Assembly (NCBI GenBank): GCA_965217865.1
Contig: CBDCJO010000002.1
Location: 5,280,001-5,344,000, forward strand
DNA length: 64,000 nt
Reading direction: 5' to 3'
Source of the DNA: Candidatus Latescibacterota bacterium
Lineage (GTDB): Bacteria; Latescibacterota; UBA2968; SICM01
Position numbers and translations under genes: made by a program. A model generated the notes under the pieces. The model was not told the DNA's origin, ran no database searches, and worked only from the letters and a program-made list of their open reading frames with translations. Of this stretch, positions 8,805 to 19,097 are shown piece by piece; the first letter of the stretch is position 1; each line of letters begins with the position of its first letter.

Positions 8805-11360
8805 ATGCGTTATAGGTTTCGGATTCCGGTTCTGTTCGCAGCCGTCTTATTGTCGGAATCAGATCTTTCAATCGGGCAAACTACGGAAGACACACTCTCG
8901 GTTGAACACGGGACCTGGGGGATCGCGGAGAGTGTGTCATTGGGGATCGCACTGGTCAACCACAGAAGGGTGGGAGGCGTTCAGTTTGATCTCGTGGCCG
9001 AAGGAGGCTTCATACGATGGGGAGCCGTCCGTCTCGAAGAGAGGTCCGCGGGGATGGCGCTCCATAGCCGAATCATCGGAGACACCCTGAGGGTGGTCGT
9101 GATCGATCCCGGCCGGAAGGCGGTCCTTGAACCGGGATCCGGTACGATCGTGACCGTCGGGGCAGATGTCCTCGGAAGGTCCGGGGATGTATCCATTGAA
9201 CTGCACGGTGTTCGGATATCCGACGATGGCCATCCCCCGATGCTACACGATGCCGTGGCTTCACCCGGACGCGTGAACCTGGTGTCCAATCTATTCAGCC
9301 TTCGGGATAGTGCCGAGGTCGTCCATATCGTCTTGTCTAACGTGGATCCAGTCGCGGGAGCTCAGTTCGACCTGGTCTACAATCCGAGCGAAGTCGCAAT
9401 TTCGGAGATTCGCGTGTCGCCCAGGAGTATGGGGATGACCACCTACAGCGCCACGGCAAATCCTGGGCGGACCCGGGTGATCCTCGTCGACGTTCAGGGG
9501 TCCGGTTTGGTTTTCCCCGGGGATGGCCCGGTGGCAGAGGCAACCTTTTATGCGATTCGGTCGGGCCAGGGTAAAAAAACTCCCATTGACGTTGAGCGTG
9601 CCCTCGCGTAGAAGGGGACGGGAGGGATTCCATTATCGGGATAGCCTTCAGGTGAATAATCTGGATGGGGGTGCGATTCGCCTGAGTGATGCGCCTCCGG
9701 GGTTCACAATCGACGATCGGATCCTCGAATGGCGTCCGTCCTCCACCGGGGTATGGTCCGTTGTCGTCGAAGCCGAGGATCCGAATGGGGGAAGTGCAAC
9801 GATTTTCTGGGAGATTGTGTCTCTACCAATGCCCTCTTTGACAGTGGAGGAGATCCTTGCCGATCCTCCCCTCGGTGCGATTGGGGATGCGAATGGGGAC
9901 GGCAGGAGAGACGGCCGTGAAGACGAGTTTATCGAGCTCATGAACCGCGGTGTGGATACGGCTTCAATAGGAGGGTTGGCGCTGGGGCCGGAGGGGACTC
10001 CCCCCCACCGGCTTTTTCGATTCCCGAACGGGACTTCGATTCCCCCCGGGAGCCGTCTTCTGTTGTTTGGGGGTGGAAGTCCCGGGGAATTTCCTTGCCC
10101 CGTGTTTGTAGCGGGAGGACGAATCGGCAAGGGGCTGTCCGCCAACGGCGCTACGGTTGTTCTGATTGATTCTGCGGGTCCAGATACATTGATCCGCGTT
10201 TCCTACCCCGCGGGCGCGGGCGCGCAGTCGTGGGCTAGGCCAACCGCCCAGGATTCTTCTGCAGGTTTGGGAGGAGGGCCCTTCGTCCTTCACAGTCACT
10301 TACCGGGAAGGGGTCGCTTCTCCCCGGGACGGAGTAGGCCAACCCTGAAATCTATCGCATTGATAGCAGAGTCGACGATGGTCGTGGGCGACCGGCGTCA
10401 GGTCCGGGTATTCGGGTTTTTTGACGATGGAGTGGAGGAGTCGCTAACAGGACGGGTTCCTCTAGCGGTTTCCGATTCCTCTATTATTAAGATAGAAGAT
10501 GACAGATGGTTGGTCGGCATGGGGGATGGCATTTCACGGGTAAGCGCACGGTTTGGGGAGACTGAAGGAGAGGCACGGGTTCTGGTGATACCCGTTGAAA
10601 CCATTCCGGCCGATTTTGCAGAGGTGCCTTCAGGAAAGGAAGGGGGAAATCCTGGCGATCGAGCAGGGGTCGAAAATTCCGATACCCTTTCCGGGGTGAT
10701 TCCCGTGAAAGATACCGTTGCGGTTGGATCCGATTATCGAATCCGATTGGGTTCCTTGTTGGGACCATCGGTAGAATGGGAAGTCAAGGATAGACCGGAA
10801 TGGATGAGCGTGGAGGAGACGACCGGGGAACTGGTTGGGAAGCCGCCCGAAGCGGGCGTATTCCGGATCGTTCTGTCCGTTCGAGACAGCACCGGATCGA
10901 CTTCAACTGTTGTTATCCACCTCGAGGTCGAGACGGAGATCGAGGGTCGGGGAAGAGTACCTCCCGGTGAAGAATCATCCTCCCATAGCGGGGTTGTAGA
11001 ATTGGACGGTCAGAGGCATGGGGGAGAGGGAGGCCCGAATGATCCTAACGAGGAACATCGCCCGGTCGAAAAAGGCGATACATCCACTGTTGACAGCAGC
11101 AGGCCAACCCTGTCTCTCAATTACCCAAATCCTTTCAACACCAGTACTGTCCTGCGCTGTCGTTCGCCGACCCCGGGAAAGCTCGTTATCTATACACTTC
11201 TGGGTCACCGAGTAAAAAGTTGGCAAAACTCAACCGTGACTTTGAACAGTCGTGGGATGGAAGAAACGAGTCGGGACATCTTATGCCATCGGGCACCTAC
11301 TTTCTCGTGTTCACCGGGGGGGGTGTTCGATCGGTCAGGAGCATCACGTTGCTCAAGTAG
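8805..11360 (+). CDS. Large secreted protein (2x cohesin-like, lamin-tail domain, Big_2/He_PIG Ig, FlgD/T9SS-type CTD), frameshifted at ~9610 and ~11218
   Basis: Cohesin-like LVNHRRVGGVQFDL and LSNVDPVAGAQFDL. LTD motif VEEILADPP...GDANGDG...EDEFIELMN. NYPNPFNTST continues in another frame as ...SWDGRNESGHLMPSGTYFLVF...VRSITLLK* ending at TAG 11358-11360. Confidence 0.72.
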
Positions 11361-11447
11361 GAGTCTAATCGGGCCTCTAAATCACGAAGAGGCAACCGGA
11401 AATCGATATCATTGATACGACTTTCACCAATTGGAAGGAGGCCAAAA

Positions 11448-11705
11448 ATGGCACAGCCGGAGATGGTTTTCAAGAACGGAGGGTGTAACGCGGCGATTTT
11501 CTCGAAAGAGATTACACGGGGGGACAGGACTTTTGAGATCCGTTCCGTTTCTTTTCAGAAGCGTTACATGGACAAAGCAGGGGAGTGGCAGACCTCGTCT
11601 TCTCTCGACGTGAACGACCTCCCCAAGGCCGTACTGGTTATCAATAAGGCTTACGATTATCTGACCTCCAACGGCCATCGGGAAGCGGACGCAGAAGAGG
11701 CTTAA
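11448..11705 (+). CDS. Small hypothetical protein, possibly a PC4/whirly-like ssDNA-binding fold
   Basis: GGAGG RBS and ATG 11448. The motif AAIF...SVSFQKRY.DK.GEWQTSSSL..NDLPKA.LV..KAY.Y is a beta-sheet followed by a helix. Terminator downstream. Confidence 0.7.
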   Translation: MAQPEMVFKNGGCNAAIFSKEITRGDRTFEIRSVSFQKRYMDKAGEWQTSSSLDVNDLPKAVLVINKAYDYLTSNGHREADAEEA

Positions 11706-11722
11706 TCGTGTACGACGGAAAC

Positions 11723-11757
11723 AAAAAGGGCGTGTCCGGTTTCGGACACGCCCTTTT
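11723..11757. terminator. Bidirectional intrinsic terminator
   Basis: AAAAAGGGCGTGTCCG-gttt-CGGACACGCCCTTTT between convergent genes. Confidence 0.9.
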
Positions 11758-11776
11758 CCGTTCCAAAAAATAATCC

Positions 11777-12136
11777 TTATTCGGTCGGCCCAGCTGGTTG
11801 CGGAGGCGATGGTGGGGTTTGAGGGGGAGTTTTCTCAGGCTGTTCCAATCGAGGTTTATGAAGCTCCTCTTTGATCAGAACGCCGGCTTTGAAGTAACTC
11901 TTTTTTCTCGCCGGAACATAGACGATCTCTCCGGTCCGGGGATTTCGGGCTGCGGGTTTCGGCTTCGTATTTTTTACCCCGAGTACACCAAATCCTCGAA
12001 TCTCGATTCGATCCCCGCGAATCAAACTGTCTCTCATCGCATTGAAAAGACTATCCACGACTTCGTATGCGAGCTGTTTCTTTACCCCGACCTCCCCCGC
12101 CACCCGAAGTGCCAAATCTTTCTTTGTAGTGGTCAT
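11777..12136 (-). CDS. HU/IHF family DNA-binding protein with Pro-rich C-terminal tail
   Basis: TKKDL...IEIRGFG...ARNPRTGE.V.VPARK..YFKAG signature. ATG at 12136 after GGAGGGAG. Confidence 0.93.
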   Translation of the reverse strand: MTTTKKDLALRVAGEVGVKKQLAYEVVDSLFNAMRDSLIRGDRIEIRGFGVLGVKNTKPKPAARNPRTGEIVYVPARKKSYFKAGVLIKEELHKPRLEQPEKTPPQTPPSPPQPAGPTE

Positions 12137-12363
12137 ACAACTCCCTCCTCTAAGAGTCATCGAGTTCAGGGGTTCGGCTCGAAGGCCCCGGATCCCTTAC
12201 TCGATGCTCTCCCGTAATTGCAAATAAATATACCTATAACCATTCAATGGACAAGAAAAAAGAGAGGTGTAGAAAAATGTCTTTGATTTTCGAAAATGAA
12301 GTGGGAGGTTTTTCGATGGGCGGTTGCAGACTACAAACCTCAGGGGTTTAAATCCTGATGCAC

Positions 12364-12392
12364 AGTATACAATATCCAAACCGGATTGTCAA
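12364..12392 (-). promoter_or_regulatory. sigma70 promoter upstream of HU/IHF
   Basis: Minus-strand TTGACA-17 nt-TATACT. Confidence 0.7.
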
Positions 12393-12509
12393 GTGTCTGA
12401 TTGGGTAAAAAATCAACCGTCGTCAGAGCGGATATCCCCTATCCTTATAAACCCCGTCTTCACGAGTCTTTCTTTGGATTTTTGATCGAGAATCTGGTGC
12501 TAAAGTCTG

Positions 12510-12947
12510 TCATGCGTGATCCAGTTTCCAGACAGGAAAGTAAAAGGGGAATATCCGATTAAGGACTTCGCCGGCAATGCCGGTGTTTTCCAGAGGTCCG
12601 ACGAATTTCTTCGGTAGTCCGGATGCGTGATGGTGGCGCTGATGATTCCCATTGTGAATTGATCTTTTGAGGCGCTTGACCGTGCGGGGTGCGACCGGCA
12701 CCTGAGACACGATCACCCCGTCCATCTTGATGACCCGCATGTATTCCAATTTCGACGGATCGAAAATAAGCGGGTAATCGGTCCGGATATCCTGAGATGT
12801 GCCCTTCCTGAAGGTTTGATTGATCAGGGAGACAACCTCTTGAAACTCTGCACGCAGGCAAGCACGCGGCCCATCTATGGTGTCCAGGTTTTTCGTTTCC
12901 CATTGGTCAGGAATTGTAAATTTCACACTATTCTGATGAATTGACAT
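12510..12947 (-). pseudogene. GNAT acetyltransferase remnant (frameshift plus large internal deletion)
   Basis: The N-terminus is GNAT-like (LINQTFR...DYPLIF). An alternate frame gives MGIISATITHPDYR (GNAT motif A start), which then jumps directly to the C-terminal ...RIFPFYFPVWKLDHA. Confidence 0.65.
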
Positions 12948-12953
12948 GTCAGG

Positions 12954-13769
12954 CTATTCGTTAAAAGCCTGATCGAAATCTTTTCTTATTGCCTGGTAGC
13001 CTTCCTTCAGGATGATGATGGCCGCGCCGCAAGAGAAGAACTGTGCTCCGGCTTCATTGAAAAGGCGCGCCGCATGACTCGCATCAGGAACCGGTTGGCC
13101 CCAGAATTTGTTGTGTTTCTTGGCGGACGCAGCGACCAGTTTTTGGGCTTCCTTCATCTTCGGGTGATCGAACTGGAGGGGAACACCGAGCGACTGGGAC
13201 ATATCCCCGGGTCCAAAGAAAAATCCGTCAAGTCCGTCCATTCTGGCGATTTCATCGACGATGTCAAGCGATTCCTTGTCTTCCACCTGAAAGATGACGA
13301 ACGTTTCCCGCAACGCCCAATCCATGTATTCCGCCATGGGAGCCAGGCTGTACTTGGCTGCCGCTTCCACCCCATCCATACCCCGCAACCCTTTCGGGTG
13401 ATAACGGGAAAATTTCAGGGCCCACTCTGCCTCCTCGAGAGTACGGATGTGCGGAACCATGATTCCGGTTCCTCCGGCCTCAAACGCCCGGTAGAAGGAA
13501 TGATCCCCTTCTTTGCGTATCCGGATCATAGGCTCCATTCCGGAAGCACGAGACGCGAGGCACATGTTGAAAACCTGGTCGTAAGAGTAGTCCTGATGCT
13601 CCATATCGATCCATAGTGCATCATATCCGATCAGACCCATCATTTCGGATATCTTGGGTGATGGGTAAGGGGTGGAAGTACCGCACAACACATATTTCCC
13701 TCCCCGAATCCGCTCCAACACCCGATTCGGACGAAGCGTGGCGCGTTCCTTTCGGTCGACCCCAGTCAT
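12954..13769 (-). other. HpcH/HpaI aldolase family protein
   Basis: GYDALWIDMEH, GIMVPHI, RYHPKGLRG, QVE and FFGPGDMSQSLG motifs. Confidence 0.92.
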
Positions 13770-14074
13770 TCGGATGTCCTTTCGATTTTGAGTGTTTGAG
13801 ATTACAGGGTTCGTTATTTATGAAGTTATTGGAGAAGAAACAAACGGAATGATCGGAGAGATTGTCCGTTTATATTTCGAAGGGGACAATATACAATCCT
13901 GTATCTGGATTTGTCAAACAGGTTTAATCGGTAAAAAAGTGGGGTAGGGTGCGGAGTTGGGGAAGGGAAACCGATTGGATGAGCCGTTGTAGGACCGGTC
14001 TCCGACCGAGGGTGCTAATGGTATGGGTGGTTTCAGGTGAGGTTTAAAGAAGCTTTCAACGGAAAGGGAAGGGT

Positions 14075-14878
14075 CTAACGGTGGGAGGGATCGGTGTCCT
14101 CGGTTTCCGTACCGAATCGCTTTTTTCCTAAGGTTTCCATCCGGTGAAACCTTTCGGCCTCCAGGGACTTGTCCACTGCCTGTTGTAATCCCTCCGATAC
14201 ATAACTGGGAACTCTCGAAATGAAGAAATTGGCGATGGATCCGATGAGGCATAAAACAGCGACTATCGCGTAGATTTTGAGTTTCCTTGAACTCCGGTGT
14301 TTGCGCCGCCGCCGGCGCCGGTGATAAGTGAAGTGGTCTGATTGTGGCTCAAGATCCCCGGAATTTTGGGGCGGTGTTTGAGTTCGGTCGTAGTTTTGAG
14401 GGCTGGGGGCCGGTGCCGCGGTTTGAGGAAAGGCTGTTTCAACCGGGCCCGGGTTCGGTGTTTCTACCGGGGTGGGAGTATCCAAAGAAAATGGTTGGAC
14501 GACCCTAAGGATTTTTGAAACCAGGTCTTGAAGGCTGAATGGTTTGGGGGCGAAATCTTCGACTCCCAAGGTTTCCAATTCTTCAATTTTCCTTTCGCTT
14601 AGATGCGCGGAGATAATGATAACAGGCAGATTGAGACCTTCTTCCCGGATGAAATCCAGGACAGATTCTCCCTGAACTGTGGGCATATGAAGGTCGAGGA
14701 GGATGAGGTCCGGTGGATCGTGGGTAATCAGGTCGATGGCCTCGGTCCAACTGGAGGTTGTGATGGCTTCGAAGTTGCAGGAACGAAGATGCTGGTTCAG
14801 CAACTTCAGGACGACGGGCTCGTCATCGAGGACCAGGATTCGTTTTGGTTTGAGTGCGGTGTACATGATTTGTTCCAA
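14075..14878 (-). CDS. Response regulator receiver domain with Pro-rich linker, poly-Arg stretch and transmembrane helix
   Basis: ILVLDDE, DLILLDLHMP and KPF. Tail RRRRRRRKH followed by IYAIVAVLCLIGSIANFFI. Confidence 0.85.
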   Translation of the reverse strand: MEQIMYTALKPKRILVLDDEPVVLKLLNQHLRSCNFEAITTSSWTEAIDLITHDPPDLILLDLHMPTVQGESVLDFIREEGLNLPVIIISAHLSERKIEELETLGVEDFAPKPFSLQDLVSKILRVVQPFSLDTPTPVETPNPGPVETAFPQTAAPAPSPQNYDRTQTPPQNSGDLEPQSDHFTYHRRRRRRKHRSSRKLKIYAIVAVLCLIGSIANFFISRVPSYVSEGLQQAVDKSLEAERFHRMETLGKKRFGTETEDTDPSHR

Positions 14879-14889
14879 GGTTAATCGAC

Positions 14890-15486
14890 TCAGCGCGCCA
14901 GGAGTTCATTGATAAGGACGATGAAAGATCCGAGCAAGCAGGTAAGGGCGATTCCCAAATAGGGTTTAAGGTTATTGAGTTGCAATCCACGGTGAGGATG
15001 TTCGACATTCTTTGGAGACGGGTCAGGCCTGTCAATCTCAGGATTTTCAGGCAAATCCTCTGGTAGGGAGGGGGAGAAGACCTCTGGAATGAACGGAGCC
15101 GGCTGATCGGACTGTCCAAGCACCTTCACCACGGTCGCAACAAGCTCATCCAGTAAAAAAGGCTTTGTTATGAAATCATTGGCGCCCTGCATGCGGAGAT
15201 ATTGCATTTTTTCATAGTTGAGAAAAGAGGAGACGATGATGACCGGCAGGTTGGGGCATTCCTCCTTGATAAAGTCCAGAACGGTTTCTCCCTGAATCGT
15301 GGGCATCTGGAGGTCAAGCAGGATGAGATCAGGCGGATCGTAGGTGACCTGTTCAACGGCGTCGGTCTATTTATCCGTTGAGAGGGTCTCGAAGTTACAC
15401 GACCGAAGATGATTGTTGAGCAATTCCAGCATATAGGGTTCGTCATCGAGGATCAGAATGCGTTTGAGCTGTGAGATGGTTTCCAT
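14890..15486 (-). pseudogene. Paralogous membrane-anchored receiver-domain gene with an in-frame TAG at codon 40
   Basis: From ATG 15486: METISQLKRILILDDEPYMLELLNNHLRSCNFETLSTDK*TDAVEQVTYDPPDLILLDLQMP... The TAG (15367-15369) aligns with W in the neighbour (TSSWTEA). Confidence 0.8.
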
Positions 15487-15547
15487 GATTCTTTTTCTCC
15501 GAGGTAAAGATCACAGGTTAAATTCTCTTGCTTCCACCATATGATTA

Positions 15548-15563
15548 TGCAATGCCTGTGCCA
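15548..15563 (-). promoter_or_regulatory. sigma54 promoter for the receiver-domain gene pair
   Basis: Minus strand TGGCACAGGCATTGCA (GG-N10-GC), ~62 bp upstream of ATG 15486. Confidence 0.75.
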
Positions 15564-15765
15564 GAAAAATCGACCTGCTGATATCCATTTATTTAAAACG
15601 GACTTAAAATCATTTCGCTCGGAAAAAACCGGAAGCCTGGGTTGGATTTATCAAGGATTATTAGCAACAGTTGCCAAATCCGAACTCCCGAAGAGATAAT
15701 TTTGTTATCTGCATTCTCCGTTTGAAATTTTACTTTTCAAGTGACTGCTCACCTGGCCATTTGCC

Positions 15766-15794
15766 TTGACACAAGTCCGCTTTGCGGGTATCAT
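15766..15794 (+). promoter_or_regulatory. sigma70 promoter of yajQ
   Basis: TTGACA-17 nt-TATCAT, followed by AGGAGG and ATG 15818. Confidence 0.75.
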
Positions 15795-15817
15795 AGCGCA
15801 GAGGAAAGGAGGTCCAG

Positions 15818-16312
15818 ATGGCACCAGAGGCTAACTTCTTCGACATCGTGTCGAAAATTGATACTCAGGAGGTTCGAAACGCCGTGGACCAGGCCCAAAA
15901 AGAAATCCGGCAGCGATACGATTTTAAGGGGAGCAAGAGCGCCATCGAGTTGGTTGAGGACGAATTGGTTCTGGTGTCCGACGACGAAGGAAAGCTCAAG
16001 AGTGTGGTCGATGTTCTGGAATCCAAGATGGTTCGAAGGAAGATTTCCATGAAGGCCCTCAACTATGGAAAGATCGAGCCTGCATCGGGGGGGACGGTGC
16101 GACAGGTGGTCGGGTTTAAACAGGGGGTTGATAAGGAGAATGCGAAGCGGATCACAACCATCGTCAAAAACTCCAAATTGAAGGTTCAGGCCCGGGTCCA
16201 GGACCAGCAGGTACGAGTCACGGGTAAAAAGATCGACGATCTCCAGACCATCATCGAAATGGTCAAGGAGGCGGACCTTGAGATACCGGTCCAGTTTGTG
16301 AATTACATGTAG
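15818..16312 (+). CDS. yajQ: YajQ family nucleotide (c-di-GMP)-binding protein
   Basis: [28 protein letters not shown] ... KLKVQA...[13 protein letters not shown]...PVQFVNY signature. Confidence 0.95.
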   Translation: MAPEANFFDIVSKIDTQEVRNAVDQAQKEIRQRYDFKGSKSAIELVEDELVLVSDDEGKLKSVVDVLESKMVRRKISMKALNYGKIEPASGGTVRQVVGFKQGVDKENAKRITTIVKNSKLKVQARVQDQQVRVTGKKIDDLQTIIEMVKEADLEIPVQFVNYM

Positions 16313-16348
16313 ATTCGATACAATACGAGTTATAGAGGAGATAGGTAG

Positions 16349-17083
16349 ATGGGCCGGTTAGACGGCAAAGTTGCGATCATCACGGGTGGGGGAGGTGGGA
16401 TCGGCCGCGCGATGGCGCTGACATTTGCGCGGGAAGGTGCGAAGGTGACAGTGGTGGATAATCGTGAGGAGATGGCAGCTCAAACCCTGAGGGATGTCGA
16501 GAGGATCGGGGGAGATGGGGCGGCTTTGCAGGTAGACGTGACGAAGGATGAGGAGGTGCGCGGGATGGTGGGGCAGACAGTCGATCGATTCGGTCAGGTG
16601 GATATCCTGGTCAACAATGCGGGTATCTTTGCCGTCTATACCACCGAGACCTGCCCGGATGAAGAGTGGGACCGGATTTTCAATGTGAACACAAAGGGTG
16701 TTTTTCTCTGCAGTAGGGCGGTAATAGGACCGATGCGCGAGCGGAAAACCGGTGCGATCATCAACATGTCCTCTCTCGCGGCTAAAACCGGGGGACTGGC
16801 GGCCGGTCCTCCTTATTCGGCCTCCAAGGCGGCTGTCGCCTGTTATACCTGGTCCCTTGCCAAAGAGGTGGCCCCCGATATTCGGGTCAACGGGATTTTA
16901 CCCGGTCTCATCGATACCGAGATGACGAAGAATCACCCGGATTCCCTGGTTGCCGGAACGCCTCTAAAAAGAAAGGGGACGCCCCAGGAGGTGGCTAATG
17001 CGGCCCTCTTCCTGGCTTCGGATGAGGCATCCTTCGTTACGGGAGAGTTGATCAGCGTGAACGGCGGATTGTTCATGGATTGA
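16349..17083 (+). CDS. SDR family oxidoreductase (FabG-like)
   Basis: TGGGGGIG, NNAG, YSASK catalytic motif, PGLIDT. Confidence 0.93.
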   Translation: MGRLDGKVAIITGGGGGIGRAMALTFAREGAKVTVVDNREEMAAQTLRDVERIGGDGAALQVDVTKDEEVRGMVGQTVDRFGQVDILVNNAGIFAVYTTETCPDEEWDRIFNVNTKGVFLCSRAVIGPMRERKTGAIINMSSLAAKTGGLAAGPPYSASKAAVACYTWSLAKEVAPDIRVNGILPGLIDTEMTKNHPDSLVAGTPLKRKGTPQEVANAALFLASDEASFVTGELISVNGGLFMD

Positions 17084-17179
17084 AAAGGGCCGGCAAGCGA
17101 AAAACGTGAAACGGCAAACGGATAATTAAAAAGGAAGGGGGTTTTTGAAGGGAAACAGATCAATCGGTTTAATGTTTTG

Positions 17180-17204
17180 GTAGGGGCGACCCGTTGGGTC
17201 GCCC
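17180..17204. repeat. REP-like palindrome (GTAG-type)
   Basis: GTAGGGGCGACCC-gtt-GGGTCGCCC. Related GTAGGGGC palindromes lie at ~18000-18027, ~24807-24831 and ~33645-33670. Confidence 0.65.
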
Positions 17205-17225
17205 ATTGTCATTTGGGGTGGTTTG

Positions 17226-17590
17226 GAGTCTTACAGTGTGATTTCTACCGTGATGTCAAGCAGGTCTCGAAGGCGTGCAACCGCCCCCCCTGCGGCTTAA
17301 GTCACACCGGGGCACCCCTCCCGGGATGGGATTGGTGAAGTCCCCTCCTTGGAGGGGATTTAGGGGTGGATATGAGATAAGGAAAGACAGGATAGATTGG
17401 AGAGGCTCGGTTTTCGGGTGCTGCGATTTACTGAGGGTAATGTTAAGTAAAATCTCGAAGGTTGTGCTACATGGGATTCGGAATTGGATAGATGAGAATG
17501 GGATATGACCCACCCCGCCCCGGCTTAAATCACGCCGGGGAACCCCTCCCGGGAGGGGATTTAGAGTCTTACAGTATGACTTCTACGTAT
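17226..17590 (+). repeat. Composite repeat: DUF559-like endonuclease C-terminal stub plus CCCCTCC...GGAGGGG palindromes, bracketed by a GAGTCTTACAGT(A/G)TGA(C/T)TTCTAC motif
   Basis: Near-identical to 34640-34996. The stub encodes RQDRLERLGFRVLRF..., degenerate here. Confidence 0.7.
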
Positions 17591-17644
17591 GCGGCTAAGG
17601 TCTAAATTGTAATAAGCTTCGACCACATTAAAATCTTCTGTGGC

Positions 17645-17700
17645 CTTCGACAAGCTCAGGATAAACTCCGTCGCATTTTTTGCGGAACGCAGTCGAAGGA
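17645..17700. repeat. CTTCGACAAGCTCAGGAT...GTCGAAGGA palindromic repeat family
   Basis: Related copies at ~24694-24737, ~37041-37108 and ~39661-39765. Confidence 0.65.
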
Positions 17701-17820
17701 CGGGGATGGGAGCCGGCATGGCGAGGGAATAAATTCCCTCGCCATCCTATCTAAGATACGTAAATCAATTTTTAGTCCCCGCTGATTGAAGTCCGCGAGG
17801 TAATGGGATAACCCCTTAGA

Positions 17821-17926
17821 TTTGTGGGACCCGACTCCAGTCGGGGAATAAGGCCAACAGCCAAAAGAAAAGCATGGATCCTGGCCCTCCAGAGCCTATT
17901 CCCGGTCTGGAGACCGGTCCCACAAA
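17821..17926. repeat. Inverted pair of REP-like palindromes (BIME-like)
   Basis: TTTGTGGGACCCGACTCCAGTCGGGGA ... TCCCGGTCTGGAGACCGGTCCCACAAA. Confidence 0.6.
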
Positions 17927-18050
17927 TTTTGGCCATATATGGCTATGGATTTTTATTGCAACTGAGCGTAACCAAGCCGCAATAAGGAATTATCAAATTG
18001 TAGGGGCACCGCATGCCGTGCCCCTACTGACCGTTCGAACGGATTAGCCC

Positions 18051-19097
18051 TCAATTTCTCGCAAACCGGTACGGCGACGGCCTCGGAAGAGCTTCCAGCA
18101 AGGCCTCCGTTGTCGGAAATAGCAGATCGGCCTTCCTTGACGTGACTGAAAAAACCTGCCCGGTTGTCCTGAGACGCAGGTAAACACCCCCCTTAGCATG
18201 CTGCGTCCCTACTTCGAGCGTATCGACTGCCCCCTCAATATCCTCCAGGTAAAGTACCCGCTTCGTCCGGTCGAAACCGTATTCGGATTCAGGGATATGA
18301 GGGTCGTATAACGCCTCGTACTGCAGGCCGGAGAGGAAGCCGATGTAGGCGAAGGCGCTTGTCGTATTGCACGCTTTCTCCTTTCCCCGCACCACGACGT
18401 ACCACTCGTATGTGGGCCCTTCCGGGAGTCGCCCCAGTGAACCGAGAGAATCCGCGATCGTTAGGCGGCGCAGAGTCTTCGTTGGACCCGTCTTATAGAT
18501 GACTTTAACGATGGGTTTCCTTGGAATCGCCCGGGGAAACACGTGAGGATCGATCATCGGGGGCTTCCCGGGAAGCGCTGGTCCCATCGCGAGACGGGGA
18601 TTTGCGTGGAAATGATAGACTGTATCCCATCCTGCTATTTGCACGTAGGATTCGCTCGCATCCCTCCCGGGGAGATCCTGCCCTACCCACAACTCAAGAA
18701 ACCCGCCGCCGGAGGCGTCTGTCAAGCGGACAGCCGTTGCCTGCTTGGGGGAGAGGCCGAATCGTGTGAAGGCCTCCGGATCCGTGCCGACGATCGACCC
18801 CATTCCCTTCAGGATCCCTTTGAGCAGCCGCTCCACGCGGTCCGTCTGCACGTAAGCGTCGAAAGTGTCGGGATAGCGCCAGGTTGAACCATCGAATCGG
18901 TAAGTGTATGGCTTCAAGTCTATTGCGGGAAACACTTGAAATTGTTGAACACGTTCGATAGAGAGTTTCGCAGGATCGACCAGCGCGCGAATCGCCCCGC
19001 TTTGGATGCGTCGTGCTGCCTCCCGGGTTCGTAGCATTTGGTCGGCGACGATCAGGATGGCCAGGACCACGATCGAAATTGCGAGGTGTCGGTTCAT
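18051..19097 (-). CDS. DUF4340-domain membrane-anchored protein (Gld-type ABC accessory)
   Basis: N-terminal TM helix and two repeats of 'FGL...V.L...L.VG...YV/L.....V'. ATG 19097 overlaps the upstream stop (ATGA). Confidence 0.75.
   Translation of the reverse strand: MNRHLAISIVVLAILIVADQMLRTREAARRIQSGAIRALVDPAKLSIERVQQFQVFPAIDLKPYTYRFDGSTWRYPDTFDAYVQTDRVERLLKGILKGMGSIVGTDPEAFTRFGLSPKQATAVRLTDASGGGFLELWVGQDLPGRDASESYVQIAGWDTVYHFHANPRLAMGPALPGKPPMIDPHVFPRAIPRKPIVKVIYKTGPTKTLRRLTIADSLGSLGRLPEGPTYEWYVVVRGKEKACNTTSAFAYIGFLSGLQYEALYDPHIPESEYGFDRTKRVLYLEDIEGAVDTLEVGTQHAKGGVYLRLRTTGQVFSVTSRKADLLFPTTEALLEALPRPSPYRFARN

Noticed and set aside
12317-12364. tRNA-like fragment (GGTTTAAATCC resembling a T-loop)
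   Set aside because: No acceptor stem, D-arm or CCA can be built.
15367-15369. Amber recoding (pyrrolysine or alternative genetic code)
   Set aside because: TAG is an ordinary stop for other genes here (e.g. 8779, 11360, 16312). A single TGG>TAG change explains it.
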